Positions 63,716-64,000 of a stretch of 64,000 nt of DNA are shown in pieces; the first letter of the stretch is position 1, and the number at the start of each line of letters is the position of its first letter. The DNA is taken from NCBI GenBank assembly GCA_900319925.1, contig ONQE01000005.1, positions 16,373-80,372 on the forward strand. The letters are read 5' to 3'. The position numbers and the translations under genes were made by a program. This stretch comes from an uncultured Bacteroidales bacterium (GTDB lineage Bacteria; Bacteroidota; Bacteroidia; Bacteroidales; WCHB1-69). The notes under the pieces were generated by a model that searched no databases, was not told the DNA's origin, and saw only the letters and a program-made list of their open reading frames with translations.

Positions 63716-64000
63716 ACCGCTCGCGCAGCGAGCCGATTTCCGTTTATTTCGCTCCTTTCGCATCTTTTCGCAATCCAAAAAATGAATTATATTGCGAAAA
63801 CAATGCGGAAACAGCGAAAACAACGCGAAAATATTCTCTCAGATTTTCTAAAAAGATTTTCCTAGATTTCTGGCCGCAGGCCACCCTCAACCCCGCTCGC
63901 GCAGCGAGCCAATTTTCGCCCCTTTCGCCCCTTTCGCCCCTTTCGCATCTTTCGCAATCCAAAAAATGAATTATATTGCGAAAACAATGCGAAAACAGCG
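63716..64000 (+). repeat. tandem repeat of about 176 bp, at least 1.6 copies, running off the window end
   Basis: gctcgcgcagcgagcc...tttcgcatctttcgcaatccaaaaaatgaattatattgcgaaaacaatgcg.aaaacagcg occurs at 63718 and again at 63893. The second copy contains (cccctttcg) x3. There is an internal hairpin ttcgcaat/attgcgaa. Confidence 0.85.

Noticed and set aside
63668-63962. Small ORFs 63668..63865 (plus strand) and 63744..63962 (minus strand)
   Set aside because: They lie entirely within the 176-bp tandem repeat family. Their translations reflect the short repeats (for example ERGERGERGE) and have no gene-like features.

Overview
This is a 64-kb chromosomal window from a GC-rich member of Bacteroidota, probably Bacteroidales. 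The evidence for that placement is TAnnTTTG -7 promoter boxes, a T9SS C-terminal sorting domain, DUF4954-nagB synteny, and GxxExxY and four-helix-bundle genes.

I support about 39 CDSs:
- a split chromate-transporter pair
- a GT4 glycosyltransferase and an aldo/keto reductase
- gmhA with an acyltransferase and an ATP-grasp gene
- a three-gene RND efflux operon
- an AAA-ATPase/PD-(D/E)XK gene
- sppA, typA, rluD, nagB, pheS, elbB and aroK
- a DUF2723 membrane protein
- a capsule-export block: Wza-like, Wzc-like, CpsB-like, a broken rfbB, and galE
- an amidase cluster
- one giant gene of about 4,930 codons for a T9SS-sorted repeat protein (30216-45008, minus strand)

I saw no rRNA, tRNA, CRISPR array, transposase or integrase.

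The most unusual feature is not a gene. About 21 tandem arrays with a strict 7-nt period fall into three sequence families: H1 TCACAAA, H2 TAACTRC and H3 TTAACCC-like. They fill the spacers between genes, often running from stop codon to start codon. They supply the stop codons of at least ten CDSs and form a recurring composite element. In one case an array sits in frame inside galE.

Other points worth a second look:
- the hierarchical repeat architecture of the giant gene
- small AT-rich gene cassettes bracketed by inverted repeat arrays
- a 620-bp structured non-coding region
- internal deletions in rfbB (frameshifting) and rluD (in frame)

All coordinates, unit counts and identities were counted by eye from the sequence. 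All family assignments are from memory of conserved motifs, not from searches.
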